Of a stretch of DNA of 64,000 nucleotides, positions 1-10,174 are shown one piece after another. The DNA lies in assembly GCA_964368945.1 (NCBI GenBank), contig CAYJDM010000001.1, positions 106,849-170,848 of the forward strand, read 5' to 3'. The notes beneath the pieces are model-generated. The model ran no database searches. It was given only the letters and a program-made list of their open reading frames with translations, and was not told the origin of the DNA. Source of the stretch: an uncultured Candidatus Saccharibacteria bacterium (GTDB lineage Bacteria; Patescibacteriota; Minisyncoccia; Phycocordibacterales; CAIZLB01). Made by a program: the position numbers and the translations under genes. The stretch's first letter is position 1, and each line of letters begins with the position of its first letter.

Positions 1-126
1 GCGGTCAAAAGGCCTTCAGCAGCGAGAAGGGCTCTCGGCGCCATCGGATCTTTTCTATCATCGCCGTTCAAGAAGGCGGCTGGCGCACTGGGCGCTGGAT
101 ATGAGCGCAGAATCCTTATCGCGGAT

Positions 127-1239
127 ATGAAAGAGGCGAATGGTTCGGTACAGGACAATCTTGTGCGAGTCGAGAAAGCAAAGGCTCAATACGGCCAGGC
201 CGATGCGAGCGTAAAGGCTTTGGAAAGCCAATTGGCAACATTGAATGGTTTGGCGGCACCTGCCACTCCAAAAGAAGCAGTGGCGCGACAGAAGAGCAAG
301 AATCAGCTCGAATCACAGCTTTCAAAAGCGCAGATGGATAAGGAGAAAAGGCTTCTCATCGTCAATACTGCCGAAGCACGAACGATCAATCATGAGAATA
401 AGCGCGCTGAAATCGCTCGACAATATGCCGAGGTGGTTGATCGACGCCTTGCTCCGACGGTCGGTGCTAGGGATTCTCTCAATCTCGAAAAGCAGGCGCA
501 TGAGAATGAGCTTGCCACATGGCAGTCTGCCGTGAGCGGATACAGAATGCAGATCGACCAGCTTCTGCTTTCGGCACGAGACAATCCTGCTCTTCATTCC
601 ACATTCCGCCTGCAGATCAAGGAGGCACAGAGGCTTCTCGGAAAATCTGAGAACGAAGTCAAGGAGCGAATTGCTGGCTTGAGCAGGATCGATGCAAGGC
701 TGACGCGAACGAATGCCATTATCTCTAAATGGGATCTCAAGAAGAAGGGCTATCAGGATATGGCGGACAAGAGAATGTTCCGCTCTCATCTCGATCCGAA
801 TACGCCGCTTGATACGGTATCGGCGGCCGGTTTCCGCGATCCGGTCAATCGTCCTGAAGGCGATCCGATCGCTGAGGAAGCTGAGGCTACAGAAGAGGCG
901 GGCGCGGCTTTTGAGCGACGCGAAGCATTGTCTACGCAATTCGGCTTCAAGGAATGGGTCAAGGGATGGAATGATATGCATGGCTCTAAGCTCGAATTGG
1001 ATTTTGATAAAATGATGGATGCCATGCAGGATCAGGATGTGGCGAATAATTATAGAAACAATCCGCCGGCTCTGACCGCAGCTCTGTTCTCGAAGGCGGT
1101 GAAGGGGTATCTTGTTGATCATAAGAACAGGACTGGAACTGCGCTTAGCGGCGATATGTCGCAGAAAAAGATTATCGACCTGAATAAGCTGACCCTCACT
1201 CAATTGCAGAAAGAAGAGGCTGCCCGGTCTTCTTTATAG
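127..1239 (+). CDS. hypothetical coiled-coil protein; probably 5'-partial, because the frame stays open back to window position 1
   Basis: 370-aa ORF in the track; the same frame has no stop between nt 1 and 127; composition is Q/E/K/A/L-rich and heptad-like; no catalytic motif recognised. Confidence 0.5.
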   Translation: MKEANGSVQDNLVRVEKAKAQYGQADASVKALESQLATLNGLAAPATPKEAVARQKSKNQLESQLSKAQMDKEKRLLIVNTAEARTINHENKRAEIARQYAEVVDRRLAPTVGARDSLNLEKQAHENELATWQSAVSGYRMQIDQLLLSARDNPALHSTFRLQIKEAQRLLGKSENEVKERIAGLSRIDARLTRTNAIISKWDLKKKGYQDMADKRMFRSHLDPNTPLDTVSAAGFRDPVNRPEGDPIAEEAEATEEAGAAFERREALSTQFGFKEWVKGWNDMHGSKLELDFDKMMDAMQDQDVANNYRNNPPALTAALFSKAVKGYLVDHKNRTGTALSGDMSQKKIIDLNKLTLTQLQKEEAARSSL

Positions 1240-1279
1240 CTTCTTTACACTTTATACATAGCATAATCAAATAATCCTC

Positions 1280-1546
1280 ATGAACCAATCACAACAATCT
1301 CAGTCGGATGCAGAATTGGAAGAAAAGCAGAAGGCTCAGGCCAAGCTGATGGAAGCGGAGATCGAGGCCCTCATTGCTGAGATGGGCTCGAAGCTGCCTC
1401 CGATGGAAAAAAACGCCGCGGATAGTGAGCGGGTACTGGAACGCTCTGCGGACGATTTGCAGCGAGGGGCGGATGCCGCAGATCATGAGCTTACAGAAGC
1501 TGAAGCGGATGCTCAGAAGCATATGGAGATAGTAGACGAGGAATAA
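1280..1546 (+). CDS. small acidic coiled-coil protein, hypothetical
   Basis: 88-aa ORF, E/A/D-rich, co-oriented directly downstream of the previous gene. Confidence 0.35.
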   Translation: MNQSQQSQSDAELEEKQKAQAKLMEAEIEALIAEMGSKLPPMEKNAADSERVLERSADDLQRGADAADHELTEAEADAQKHMEIVDEE

Positions 1547-1582
1547 TTTTTTTCAAAAAAAAACAAATCAAAAAGAAAAGCC

Positions 1583-1918
1583 ATGAATCCTGAAAATCAA
1601 AAGAATCAAAACAATGCCACTATCCGGTCAGAGCTCGATGCCCAGCATTCCGATCTTCGGTATGTCGAAAAAGAGCTGGCTGAGATCAAGGATATGATGA
1701 AGGAAAATCAGCGCATGCTGAAGAAGATCTATCGAAGCAATCGAATCTCGTTCTCGGTTTCGGTTCTCAAATGGGTCGTCATCATCGGCATCACCCTTGG
1801 GGCCTTCTACTATGTCCAGCCGGTCTTTGAAGCCGTCATGAGGACATATTCTGGCGTAGGAGGGCTTGGTTCTGGTCCTAATGGGGAAAGCGTTCTGCAG
1901 CTCTGGAAGGGTCTTTAG
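1583..1918 (+). CDS. small protein with C-terminal transmembrane helix, hypothetical
   Basis: 111-aa ORF; hydrophobic stretch ISFSVSVLKWVVIIGITLGAFYYV near the C-terminus; A-rich region upstream. Confidence 0.4.
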   Translation: MNPENQKNQNNATIRSELDAQHSDLRYVEKELAEIKDMMKENQRMLKKIYRSNRISFSVSVLKWVVIIGITLGAFYYVQPVFEAVMRTYSGVGGLGSGPNGESVLQLWKGL

Positions 1919-2054
1919 GCATTGATAAAAGGCCTTAAATCGGGTAATATGGGTCTCACGAAGACATGCCTAGAGCTGCCAAGATAAGCAAGAAGCTTCT
2001 CTCGGCGGCGCTCAGGCATAATGTGAAAACAAGTTTTCCCATTAGCCTTCGCTT

Positions 2055-2130
2055 GCCGAGATAGCTCAGTTGGTAGAGCATATCCCTGAAGAGGATGGGG
2101 TCGCCGGTTCGAATCCGGCTCTCGGCACCA
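2055..2130 (+). tRNA. tRNA-Phe (anticodon GAA)
   Basis: Cloverleaf read by eye: acceptor gccgaga/tctcggc, D-arm agctcagttggtagagc, anticodon loop ctGAAga, T-loop ggttcgaatcc, 3' CCA encoded. Confidence 0.9.
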
Positions 2131-2297
2131 TGAAATAAGCTAAAAAGAATTCCAAGAGGATTGAAATCGAAAAGACCGATACTGCAATGTGTCGGTCTTT
2201 TCGCGTTTTGACCTTGGTCGCAAAATATGGCAGTCTAGAAGCCGGTCTCAAAGTTCACAAACAACCCGCCTGAAAAGGCATCAACCATTCGAATATC

Positions 2298-2873
2298 ATG
2301 AGTCTTGATAAGCACATACCTCAGTTTCAGCATGTCCCGGTAAGCTGCATTAGCACGGGCGGCTCCTTAGAGAAAGACTATCCATCCGGAAAAGGCGTTG
2401 AAGGATTTGAATTCCCATCCGTCTCAGCGCTTCCCGGCATCATCGAGCGCGCCGGCATTATTGGTTGCAGAAGCCAGCGCTTCAAGCAGATCGATAGCCT
2501 GAAAATGGACGATACGTATCGCGAGGGGCTGATGCTCTATGCCTTGGGAGCAGGAAATTTCGAGCAGAGGATCGTGATCGTGCATGGCACTGATGCCATG
2601 ATCGAAACGGCTGAATACTTTGCTGCCAAGGCAGGCGATCGGCTGGACGATAGGGTGATTGTCTTTACAGGCTCCCTCAGGCCTGCTTATATGCGGGAAA
2701 CGGATGCAGATGCCAATATCGGATCCGCAATCATTGCAGCGAGAATGCTGCCGCAAGGCATTTATATCGCTATGCATGGGCAGATCTTCGGATATGATCA
2801 ATGCTCCAAGTCTGACAGCGGGACTTTCCACTTCAAGGAAGGTTGTCAGCCATTCAGGCTTCAATTGCAGTAA
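2298..2873 (+). CDS. asparaginase/glutaminase-family protein, N-terminal domain only (191 aa)
   Basis: Motifs ISTGGS (the TGGT threonine loop) and VHGTDAMIETAEYF (the HGTDTM motif); only about 190 aa, so the C-terminal domain of canonical asparaginases is absent. Confidence 0.5.
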   Translation: MSLDKHIPQFQHVPVSCISTGGSLEKDYPSGKGVEGFEFPSVSALPGIIERAGIIGCRSQRFKQIDSLKMDDTYREGLMLYALGAGNFEQRIVIVHGTDAMIETAEYFAAKAGDRLDDRVIVFTGSLRPAYMRETDADANIGSAIIAARMLPQGIYIAMHGQIFGYDQCSKSDSGTFHFKEGCQPFRLQLQ

Positions 2874-2967
2874 GAATGTTCAAAAAAAAAGGATCTCTAG
2901 GAAAAAACCGCCAGCGAATCCGGGCCCATTTGCCCCGATACGCTGCGCGGTTTTCTTTTCCTCGACC

Positions 2968-3198
2968 TTATTGTATCGCCCTCCTCAGATCGCTGTGGTC
3001 TAAGGCATTCTGGGTAATGTGATCTTCGATCCTGGATTCCTGATTCACTATCTTCCCATTAAGCATATTGGCCACATCTACAATGACTGAGCGCAGGTCT
3101 AACGCTATGCGTCGCACGGCTTTGTCCAGTTCATCATGAAGATATTCCTTGGTTACAAATTTTTCAAACAATTCCTCCCGCGTGATTGTCGTATTCAT
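2968..3198 (-). CDS. hypothetical small protein
   Basis: 76-aa ORF in an intergenic gap; no motif recognised. Confidence 0.3.
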   Translation of the reverse strand: MNTTITREELFEKFVTKEYLHDELDKAVRRIALDLRSVIVDVANMLNGKIVNQESRIEDHITQNALDHSDLRRAIQ

Positions 3199-3470
3199 CT
3201 GTGGTTTTTTTTATTCAAATTAATAATGGGCTAAGTATAAGCTCGCGGCCATGAAGCCGTGATCAATTTCTCATAAAAATTGTGAAGAACTCAGTGCAAA
3301 ACCTGTGGACTGAAAGGGGATTAAGCAGGCAAAACACAAGCCAGAGAATTAGCGATATTTTAAGCGTCATAATCTAAAATCACATAATGAAAAAGCCGAG
3401 TCGCATAGTGCGTTCTCAGCTTTTTCCTTGTCTTTTATCCACATTTCGACCCGCTTTCCTAAGCTTGATC

Positions 3471-4001
3471 TTAGATTGATCGAATCTTCAGCTTCGACTG
3501 TCGGCCCTTGTCTACGCGAGGCAGGGTGAGGGTGAGCATGCCGTCCTTTTCGGATGCTTCGGCTCGGTCGATATCGACTTCATGAGGCAAGGTGAGGGTT
3601 CGGATGAAAGATCCCCAATACAATTCTCGGCAATGATAATCCTGATCCGCGACTCGGTTCTCTTCGACGCGCTTGCCCTTGAGAGTGAGATTGTCCCGAG
3701 AGATGGCGATATCGATATCTTCCTTTTTGACGCCGGGAATCATGGTTCGAACGACGATGGCATCCGGAGTCGTATACATGTCTACCGAGAGCTCGCCTTC
3801 ATCGCCCTGTTCTTCCATCCAGCTTGAGCGATTATTGTTCTCGATGGCTCCTTTGCCAAGCGCGCTCTTGCTTATCGATCGAGTGCGATCGAGGGACGGT
3901 GCTTCGGCTTCGGTCTCTTCGTCAAAGAGCTCATCCTGCTCCTCGTCATCGTATCCTGTGCCTGTTATTCTCTGAAAGAAAGATCGTTTTTTTGGGAACA
4001 T
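3471..4001 (-). CDS. small heat-shock protein, Hsp20/alpha-crystallin family
   Basis: Alpha-crystallin-domain pattern (VDMYTTPDAIVVRTMIPGVKKEDIDIAI ... GMLTLTLPR); acidic N-terminal extension. Confidence 0.8.
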   Translation of the reverse strand: MFPKKRSFFQRITGTGYDDEEQDELFDEETEAEAPSLDRTRSISKSALGKGAIENNNRSSWMEEQGDEGELSVDMYTTPDAIVVRTMIPGVKKEDIDIAISRDNLTLKGKRVEENRVADQDYHCRELYWGSFIRTLTLPHEVDIDRAEASEKDGMLTLTLPRVDKGRQSKLKIRSI

Positions 4002-4060
4002 GTTTTTGGTAAGGTTTATTTTTATTAAAAAGAAAGCCGAAGATCAGAAAAATCGCATTG

Positions 4061-4798
4061 TCAGAATTTCTTGATGGCCTTAACTTTTTCGAGAGCCGCG
4101 ATCAGGATGATCGTTGTCAGCCAGACGAATGAAAAGATAAGGTATGAGCTATCCTCTGTCGTGATAATTATAAAATAGTTGAAAAGCGTATGCAATACCG
4201 TCGCAGCTAATAACCCGACGATGATATATGCTCGCTTCATCCATTTTGACTTATAAAATGCATAGGAAATGAAGATGGACAATGCTCCTGATGCGACTAC
4301 ATGCAAGAGGCTGGCTCCCATAAAGCGCGAATTGCCCGTGACGATGGATCCCATGGTGTCGCCCTGCAGCAGAGGGGCGAGCAGATAAAAGGTATTTTCC
4401 ATGGCCGTAAAGCCCAAAGCGGCTGTCATCAGATAGATGAAGGCATCCGAAGGCTCGTCGAAGGCTGCCTTTACCTTGAAAGCGCAGATATATGCCGCAG
4501 CGAATTTGAATAATTCCTCAAGCGCAGCCCAGATCACCAATGTCCCTCCGCTCGAATCATCCAGATGGAAGATATATCGCGGAATCAATTGCTGGAAGGG
4601 GTATACGAGAAAGACGCATGCCATTCCGCCGAGAAATGTCAGGGCTATGATGTTTTTAGGCTCATTATGAGAATAGCTCTCATGCATCCAGAACCACATC
4701 CATATCAATGCCGGCAATAATCCGCCGAGCAAGGCATAGAAAAAAGCTTCGATAACGAAAAAAGGAGAATTTGTTAAACCTAAGAGTGCAGCGGCCAT
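4061..4798 (-). CDS. PrsW-family intramembrane metalloprotease
   Basis: Polytopic membrane protein carrying the EELFK (EExxK), FTAMEN (FxxxE) and HTLFN (HxxxN) motifs characteristic of PrsW. Confidence 0.6.
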   Translation of the reverse strand: MAAALLGLTNSPFFVIEAFFYALLGGLLPALIWMWFWMHESYSHNEPKNIIALTFLGGMACVFLVYPFQQLIPRYIFHLDDSSGGTLVIWAALEELFKFAAAYICAFKVKAAFDEPSDAFIYLMTAALGFTAMENTFYLLAPLLQGDTMGSIVTGNSRFMGASLLHVVASGALSIFISYAFYKSKWMKRAYIIVGLLAATVLHTLFNYFIIITTEDSSYLIFSFVWLTTIILIAALEKVKAIKKF

Positions 4799-7422
4799 CG
4801 TTCGACACTAATCATATCATGATTTGTGTCGTTGGCGTTCGAATTTTCGCGCATTTCTTGTGGAACAATTGTCCAGATTTCCTGCGTGATATGCGGCATG
4901 AATGGATGCGTCGCTAGCAATACTTCCCGAAGGATGGTGAGAAGCGTCTGCGCCATTGCGATCATATTCTGCTTGCGCTCATTCGTATCTGCAGAATCCT
5001 GCTGGTCAGCGAGAATGATTTTTTCCGCCTCGGTTTCGCCCTCGGCTTTCTCGCTTTCGGTCAGAACATCTTCAGGGGCATTCTTGAGAAAATCAGGCTT
5101 GAGGATAAGCTTGCTTTCTTCGAGGATCTTGTCGGCAAATGTATGCCAGATATAGTGATAGAGCTCCTCGGCTGCGAGATGGATTCGATAATTGTCTATA
5201 TGGCCCGAGATGCTTGCGAGAGCGGTCTTCCATTCCTGCCAGATTCGGATATGTCGAGGCGTCATAGGATCGTCATCTGCCGGAGTCATGGGCTGGCCTG
5301 CAAAGAAGTCTTTATCAAATTTTAATGTGGCAGTTGTCGGGTTCTCTTCGATCGCTGAAAGAATAAATCGAGTAATATTCCAGATCTTATTTCCGAAATG
5401 CTTGAAGCCCTTGATCTTGTCCTCGAGAATTCGAGAGTCGGTTCCTGGCGTGCTGGCCATGGCATAGAACATGCGCAAAGCATCCGCACCATATTTCTCA
5501 GAGATGACGATTGGGTCGCCGCCATTGCCGAGAGATTTGGACATCTTCTGACCCTTGGCATCGCGAACCATGCCGTTGAGGTATACGGTCTTGAAAGGAA
5601 TTGTGCCGAGCCCGTATCCCGTCATGAGGATCATGCGCGCAACCCAAAAGAAAAGGATATCGTGCCCTGTGACCAGGACATCGGTAGGGTGGAATGCAGC
5701 GAGGTCTGAGCCCGGCTTCGCAGAATGAGTCGTCTCATCCCAGGCATTCGGCCAGCCCATGGTCGAGAATGACCAGAGGCCTGATGAGAACCATGTATCG
5801 AGCGTATCTTCGTCCTGGATCCAGGCAGCAGAAGCGTCTGCAGGAGCTTCGACACCACAATGGATTTCGAGGTCCGGATCAGCGGGATGAAGGTCGATAG
5901 TTTTTTCCAAAACCTTTCCAGACTTGCTGCGATACCAAACGGGAATCCGATGGCCATACCAGATCTGTCGCGAGATGCACCAGTCATTGAGATTGTCGAT
6001 CCAATGATAATAGGTCTTGTCAAAATGTTCGGGCAGGATCTTTATCGCTTCAGCTTCGCCTGTCTGCGGATTAATGCGACCAGATTCGACGGCTTTGCGC
6101 ATGATTTCCTTGAGCGTCGTTTCTGATCCGCTAGGGATCGCGGCAAATTCAGAGTGGGGAAGAACGAATGGCTTATTCACGGCAACGAACCATTGATTCA
6201 TGACCTGAGGCTCTATTGTTCCGCCCGTTCGCTCTGCTGTCGCGATATTGTGGACATAATTCTCCTCGATCTTTTCGACGAGGCCTTTCGATGCGAGCTT
6301 TTCGACGATCTTTTCGCGGGCTTCGCTGATCTTCATGCCGGCGAATTCTCCGGCAACAGGAAGAAGCTTGCCGACCTTGTCGATGATCTGTTCCTTGTCG
6401 AGCTTGTATTTTTCAGCCAAAGCGAAATCCACAGCAGAATGCCATGGCGTGATCGTCATGACGCCGGTACCGAATTCCATATCGATGCTATCGTCCTTGA
6501 TGATGGTCGCTTCGATCGGCCCATTGATCCATTCGACCGTGAGCTTGTCGCCATGGCTGTACTGGGAATATCGCGCATCATCAGGATGCATGACGACGTA
6601 CTTGTCGCCGAATTTAGTTTCTGGTCGAGCCGTTCCGATCACGAATGGGCCATATTTGAAATAATAGAGCTTGGTTTTTTCTTCCTTATAAACAAGCTCG
6701 TCATCGGCGATCGTCGTCTGTCCCTTCGGATCCCAGTTCACGATTCTGAAGCCTCGATAGATGAGACCATCGTCAAACATCTTTTTGAACATCGTTCGCA
6801 CGGCAAAATTGCGATCGTCATCGAGCGTAAAAGCTTCGCGCGTCCAATCGAGAGATGCGCCGAGCCGTTTGACCTGCGAGACGATGGTGTCATGGCTGGT
6901 CATTGCGAAATCATTGATGCGCTCAAGCATATTCTCGCGCCCGATATCGTATCGAGATTTGCCTTCCTTCTTTGAGATTTCTTTTTCTACCACTGACTGC
7001 GTGGCGATTGCAGCATGATCAGTACCGGGAATCCAAAGCGTTTTGCGGCCATCCATGCGCGCCTTGCGAATGAGAATGTCGCTGATAGATACCATCAGGC
7101 TATGTCCGAGATGGAGCGTGCCTGTTACGTTTGGAGGAGGGAGGATTATGGAAAAACTTTTCTTGCTTTCGTCGACAAGCCCGAGCTTTGCTGAGACGTC
7201 CGGATTATAGGCGCATATTTCAGGTGTGGCGCGCTCAAAGGCCTGGATGCGAGGCTCGGTCTCGACCGGGTCATATGGCTTGAGGAGCTTCTCGTTTATA
7301 TTGGCCGGCACATAAGCTGATGATGCGGCGTTTTTGGGCATTCGGTCTGGGGTTGATCCGTCCGCATGTAGCTGGCCCTGCCCATTATCTGGGGCCGCGG
7401 AGGGTGTATTTGGTTGTGTCAT
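4780..7422 (-). CDS. valS: valyl-tRNA synthetase
   Basis: 880 aa; HIGH region PPPNVTGTLHLGH; KMSKSLGN motif; class I editing-type architecture. Confidence 0.9.
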   Translation of the reverse strand: MTQPNTPSAAPDNGQGQLHADGSTPDRMPKNAASSAYVPANINEKLLKPYDPVETEPRIQAFERATPEICAYNPDVSAKLGLVDESKKSFSIILPPPNVTGTLHLGHSLMVSISDILIRKARMDGRKTLWIPGTDHAAIATQSVVEKEISKKEGKSRYDIGRENMLERINDFAMTSHDTIVSQVKRLGASLDWTREAFTLDDDRNFAVRTMFKKMFDDGLIYRGFRIVNWDPKGQTTIADDELVYKEEKTKLYYFKYGPFVIGTARPETKFGDKYVVMHPDDARYSQYSHGDKLTVEWINGPIEATIIKDDSIDMEFGTGVMTITPWHSAVDFALAEKYKLDKEQIIDKVGKLLPVAGEFAGMKISEAREKIVEKLASKGLVEKIEENYVHNIATAERTGGTIEPQVMNQWFVAVNKPFVLPHSEFAAIPSGSETTLKEIMRKAVESGRINPQTGEAEAIKILPEHFDKTYYHWIDNLNDWCISRQIWYGHRIPVWYRSKSGKVLEKTIDLHPADPDLEIHCGVEAPADASAAWIQDEDTLDTWFSSGLWSFSTMGWPNAWDETTHSAKPGSDLAAFHPTDVLVTGHDILFFWVARMILMTGYGLGTIPFKTVYLNGMVRDAKGQKMSKSLGNGGDPIVISEKYGADALRMFYAMASTPGTDSRILEDKIKGFKHFGNKIWNITRFILSAIEENPTTATLKFDKDFFAGQPMTPADDDPMTPRHIRIWQEWKTALASISGHIDNYRIHLAAEELYHYIWHTFADKILEESKLILKPDFLKNAPEDVLTESEKAEGETEAEKIILADQQDSADTNERKQNMIAMAQTLLTILREVLLATHPFMPHITQEIWTIVPQEMRENSNANDTNHDMISVERWPLHS

Positions 7423-7528
7423 AAGGGACAGTGTAGCAGTTTCGGTTGATTTTTTAAAGCTTTCTGATCAATGTGGATTCTTTGAATATTTGATCAAAAC
7501 TTAATGACTGTAGGGGCATTCTGTTCGA

Positions 7529-7963
7529 ATGGATATTAATCTGAGGCGCATAATGCATGAATTAGCTGGCTTTTCGAAGAAAGAACTGTTGCCAGATCCA
7601 GACAAGAAAGTGTTTTTCAATGCAAGATTGCCGATTGCGGTAATGGAACGGATGAGATCTCGTTCGCGAACAGTATTTTTTACCAAGAAATCATTAAAAC
7701 ACATAGTCGAAAAGGGTCAGGAGGGCGAAAGATTGATTTTTTTAGCAAAGCTAATAATCGAGAATCCTGACATGTTGCTCAAGGCAAAAGGAAAAGACAG
7801 GTACTTGTTGGTTAAGGCACTTAGGCATCCTCAATACAGACGTCCTCATGTCGTAGGCTTGGAAATATTGGGCCGTCGTGGAAACATTATCGTCACGCTC
7901 TTTCAGAGCGATTCTTCGTATCTTTCGAACTTTGAGCTTCTTTGGAGAACGGGGAGCTTGTAG
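7529..7963 (+). CDS. hypothetical protein
   Basis: 144-aa ORF; its 3' end is partly duplicated downstream (see repeat 7921-8211). Confidence 0.4.
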   Translation: MDINLRRIMHELAGFSKKELLPDPDKKVFFNARLPIAVMERMRSRSRTVFFTKKSLKHIVEKGQEGERLIFLAKLIIENPDMLLKAKGKDRYLLVKALRHPQYRRPHVVGLEILGRRGNIIVTLFQSDSSYLSNFELLWRTGSL

Positions 7964-8211
7964 GATACAAGGTGGTTTCTCCATCTGGCCTTGAAGACAA
8001 GGCTGCCAGGACCCGAATTTTCTGGTCGTAAAGAAGCTCGAAATCAAAAAGATTCAGCTAGCGATGATTTTAATCTGCGATCAATTCGAAGTCAATGGGT
8101 TCGGGAGGTAAAAAAGCAAAATCCCTTTGCAAGGCACGGACATCTTTCAAACTTTGAGCTTCTGCAGAGCGGCAAGGCCGTTCCAGAAGAAGCTCAAAAT
8201 CAAAAAGATAT
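7921..8211. repeat. degenerate direct duplication of the 3' end of the 7529-7963 gene
   Basis: tctttcgaactttgagcttct ... gaagctcgaaatcaaaaagat at 7921-8055 recurs as catctttcaaactttgagcttct ... gaagctcaaaatcaaaaagat at 8143-8211; the peptide fragment SNFELL is encoded twice. Confidence 0.5.
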
Positions 8212-8364
8212 CTTTTTTGCTTTCGGTTCACGCGATATGCCGCGAGCGTTTTCGCCGCGGCGTATGCAATGTCTGCTCTTGCAAATAATTTTTTTATAAA
8301 AAACGATTCGTAAGAGCGGAAAAATGTGCAGTCCGCTTTTGATTTTAATGCGAATAGCGTTATT

Positions 8365-9690
8365 TTACAAGCCTAAATTTCCACTCGCTCTCAATTCCGC
8401 GAACTCTGGGCTATTCGGATCGAGCCCCGCCTTGCCATCGCGCATCTGGAAATAGGCGACAAGCCCGATCATCGTGGCATTGTCTGTGGACAAATCCTTT
8501 TCGGGCACGAGAAGCTTGATATCGAGCGATTCGCACAATGCTGCGAAGTTTTTCCTGATAAAAGAATTCGCTATCACGCCGCCTCCGATGATGAGGGTCT
8601 TTGCGGCATATTCCTCGATGGCTCGCTTCGTCTTATGCAAAAGGGTATCGACGACGGCCTGCTCGAATTCCGCGGCGAGTGATTCTTTCTGGACGTCGTC
8701 GAGGGGTTCGTTATTTTGTGCGGGCTCAGAGAGCTTGTCGCGTACGGCATAGAGCGCGGCGGTTTTTAATCCTGAAAAAGAGAAATTATAATCCTTCGTA
8801 TGAATCATGGGGCGAGGCAATGCGAATAGCTTGTCGCGCTCAGCTGATGCCGGATCTGAGTGCTCGGTTCGCCATTTTTCTGCAAGCTTGGAAATATGCG
8901 GTCCTCCAGGATATGGCAGGCTCATCAGGCGCGCCACTTTGTCATATGCCTCGCCGACTGCATCATCGACAGTCTGGCCGATCTTCTGGTATGAATGCCA
9001 AGAATCAATGGCTATGAGCTCGGTATGGCCGCCGGAAATGAGGAGGGCGAGGGCTGGGAAAAGTATCTGTGGCGAGCCGTCCAGAGCCTCAAGGGTGCCT
9101 TCAGGGCCGGCCTCATTATGTGTATTTTGCGCGAGGACGGATGCGATATGGCCTTCCATATGATTAATGGGGTAAAGAGGCTTGCCGAGGGCTGTAGCGA
9201 GTGCTTTCGCGCCTGATATGCCTACCCATAGCGCCGGCTCGAGGCCGGGGCCATAGGTGACGGCGATGGCGTCTATGGCAGACTGATTATCGGCGCCAGT
9301 CTTTATCTTGATGAAATCTTCATGCGGTATGTTTTGAAAAAAAGAAATCAGATCATCTCCGAGGTTGTCTTCGCGAGTGAGAAATGCGCGCATCTTTGCT
9401 GCTGTTTCTTCACCGAGGTTTTTATTGACATCATCGCTTGTATCGCCGGCGTTTTTGGCCTCAATGCCAAATGCTTCCTTAAGAGTTGCGGCAAGGAGCG
9501 GTGTGAAATTTTTATCGTGCTCGCGCTTGGCAAGGGCAGGGAAGACGCCGCCGAATTCTGCGTGTACATCGATCTGGGAATGCACTTTATGGCTGAGGGT
9601 TTTGCCATCGCGCAAGATCGAAAAAGCCGTCTCGTCGCAGCTGGTTTCGATCGCTAGTATTGTCGCTGATGTTTTTACTTGCTCGCTCAT
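8365..9690 (-). CDS. tsaD: tRNA N6-adenosine threonylcarbamoyltransferase TsaD (Kae1/Gcp family)
   Basis: ILAIETSCDETAF N-terminus; HAEFGGVFPALAKREH metal-binding region; 441 aa with an approximately 90-aa internal insertion relative to typical TsaD. Confidence 0.85.
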   Translation of the reverse strand: MSEQVKTSATILAIETSCDETAFSILRDGKTLSHKVHSQIDVHAEFGGVFPALAKREHDKNFTPLLAATLKEAFGIEAKNAGDTSDDVNKNLGEETAAKMRAFLTREDNLGDDLISFFQNIPHEDFIKIKTGADNQSAIDAIAVTYGPGLEPALWVGISGAKALATALGKPLYPINHMEGHIASVLAQNTHNEAGPEGTLEALDGSPQILFPALALLISGGHTELIAIDSWHSYQKIGQTVDDAVGEAYDKVARLMSLPYPGGPHISKLAEKWRTEHSDPASAERDKLFALPRPMIHTKDYNFSFSGLKTAALYAVRDKLSEPAQNNEPLDDVQKESLAAEFEQAVVDTLLHKTKRAIEEYAAKTLIIGGGVIANSFIRKNFAALCESLDIKLLVPEKDLSTDNATMIGLVAYFQMRDGKAGLDPNSPEFAELRASGNLGL

Positions 9691-9698
9691 ATTATTTG

Positions 9699-9962
9699 TT
9701 ATGTGCGGTTAGGGTTCAATTTTTCAGCTTTTTGTTTCGTATATTGATAAAAGATAAGTGGAAATTCGAATAAGGCCAAAAATAAGACAGCCCAAAATCC
9801 CAAAATTGGCAAGATTGCACCCCAATCATATGTGCGTTGATCTGGATAGCCGAATTCTCCGTTATTGTTCGTGAGCATCATATCTCTCCAGATCACTGAT
9901 ACCAAAAAGGCTATTATTCCCAAAACCAAGACGTGAGGAAGTATGGTCTTGAAGAGTTTCAT
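9699..9962 (-). CDS. small membrane protein, hypothetical
   Basis: 87 aa with two hydrophobic helices. Confidence 0.4.
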   Translation of the reverse strand: MKLFKTILPHVLVLGIIAFLVSVIWRDMMLTNNNGEFGYPDQRTYDWGAILPILGFWAVLFLALFEFPLIFYQYTKQKAEKLNPNRT

Positions 9963-9964
9963 CT

Positions 9965-10038
9965 GGTGACCCTACCGGGAGTCGAACCCGGCTTCTCGCC
10001 TTGAAAAGGCGATGTCCTAACCGATAGACGATAGGGCC
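9965..10038 (-). tRNA. tRNA-Glu (anticodon TTC)
   Basis: Reverse complement gives ggccctatcgtctatcggttaggacatcgccttTTCaaggcgag...ggttcgactcccggtagggtcacca, with CCA encoded. Confidence 0.85.
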
Positions 10039-10174
10039 AATTTCCTGGCCAATCCTGGGAGGGATTGACGGAATAGAGCCTATTATATGTATTTTTTAAT
10101 AAAAGAAAAGAGGCCGCCACATTGGTATGGGCGGCCTCGATATTGTTGGGTTTGCGTGATGGCAGCGAATTTGC

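Noticed and set aside
2066-2251. 61-aa minus-strand ORF over tRNA-Phe
   Set aside because: It overlaps a clear tRNA on the opposite strand and is short with no signal.
6154-6975. 273-aa plus-strand ORF antisense to valS, with similar long antisense ORFs inside ftsZ (13656-14417), ftsA, gyrA (28384-29091, 29625-30227), infB (41211-41852), clpB and the receiver gene (37409-38233)
   Set aside because: These are shadow ORFs on the opposite strand of well-supported conserved genes. They have low-complexity or Arg/Ser-rich translations with no motifs.
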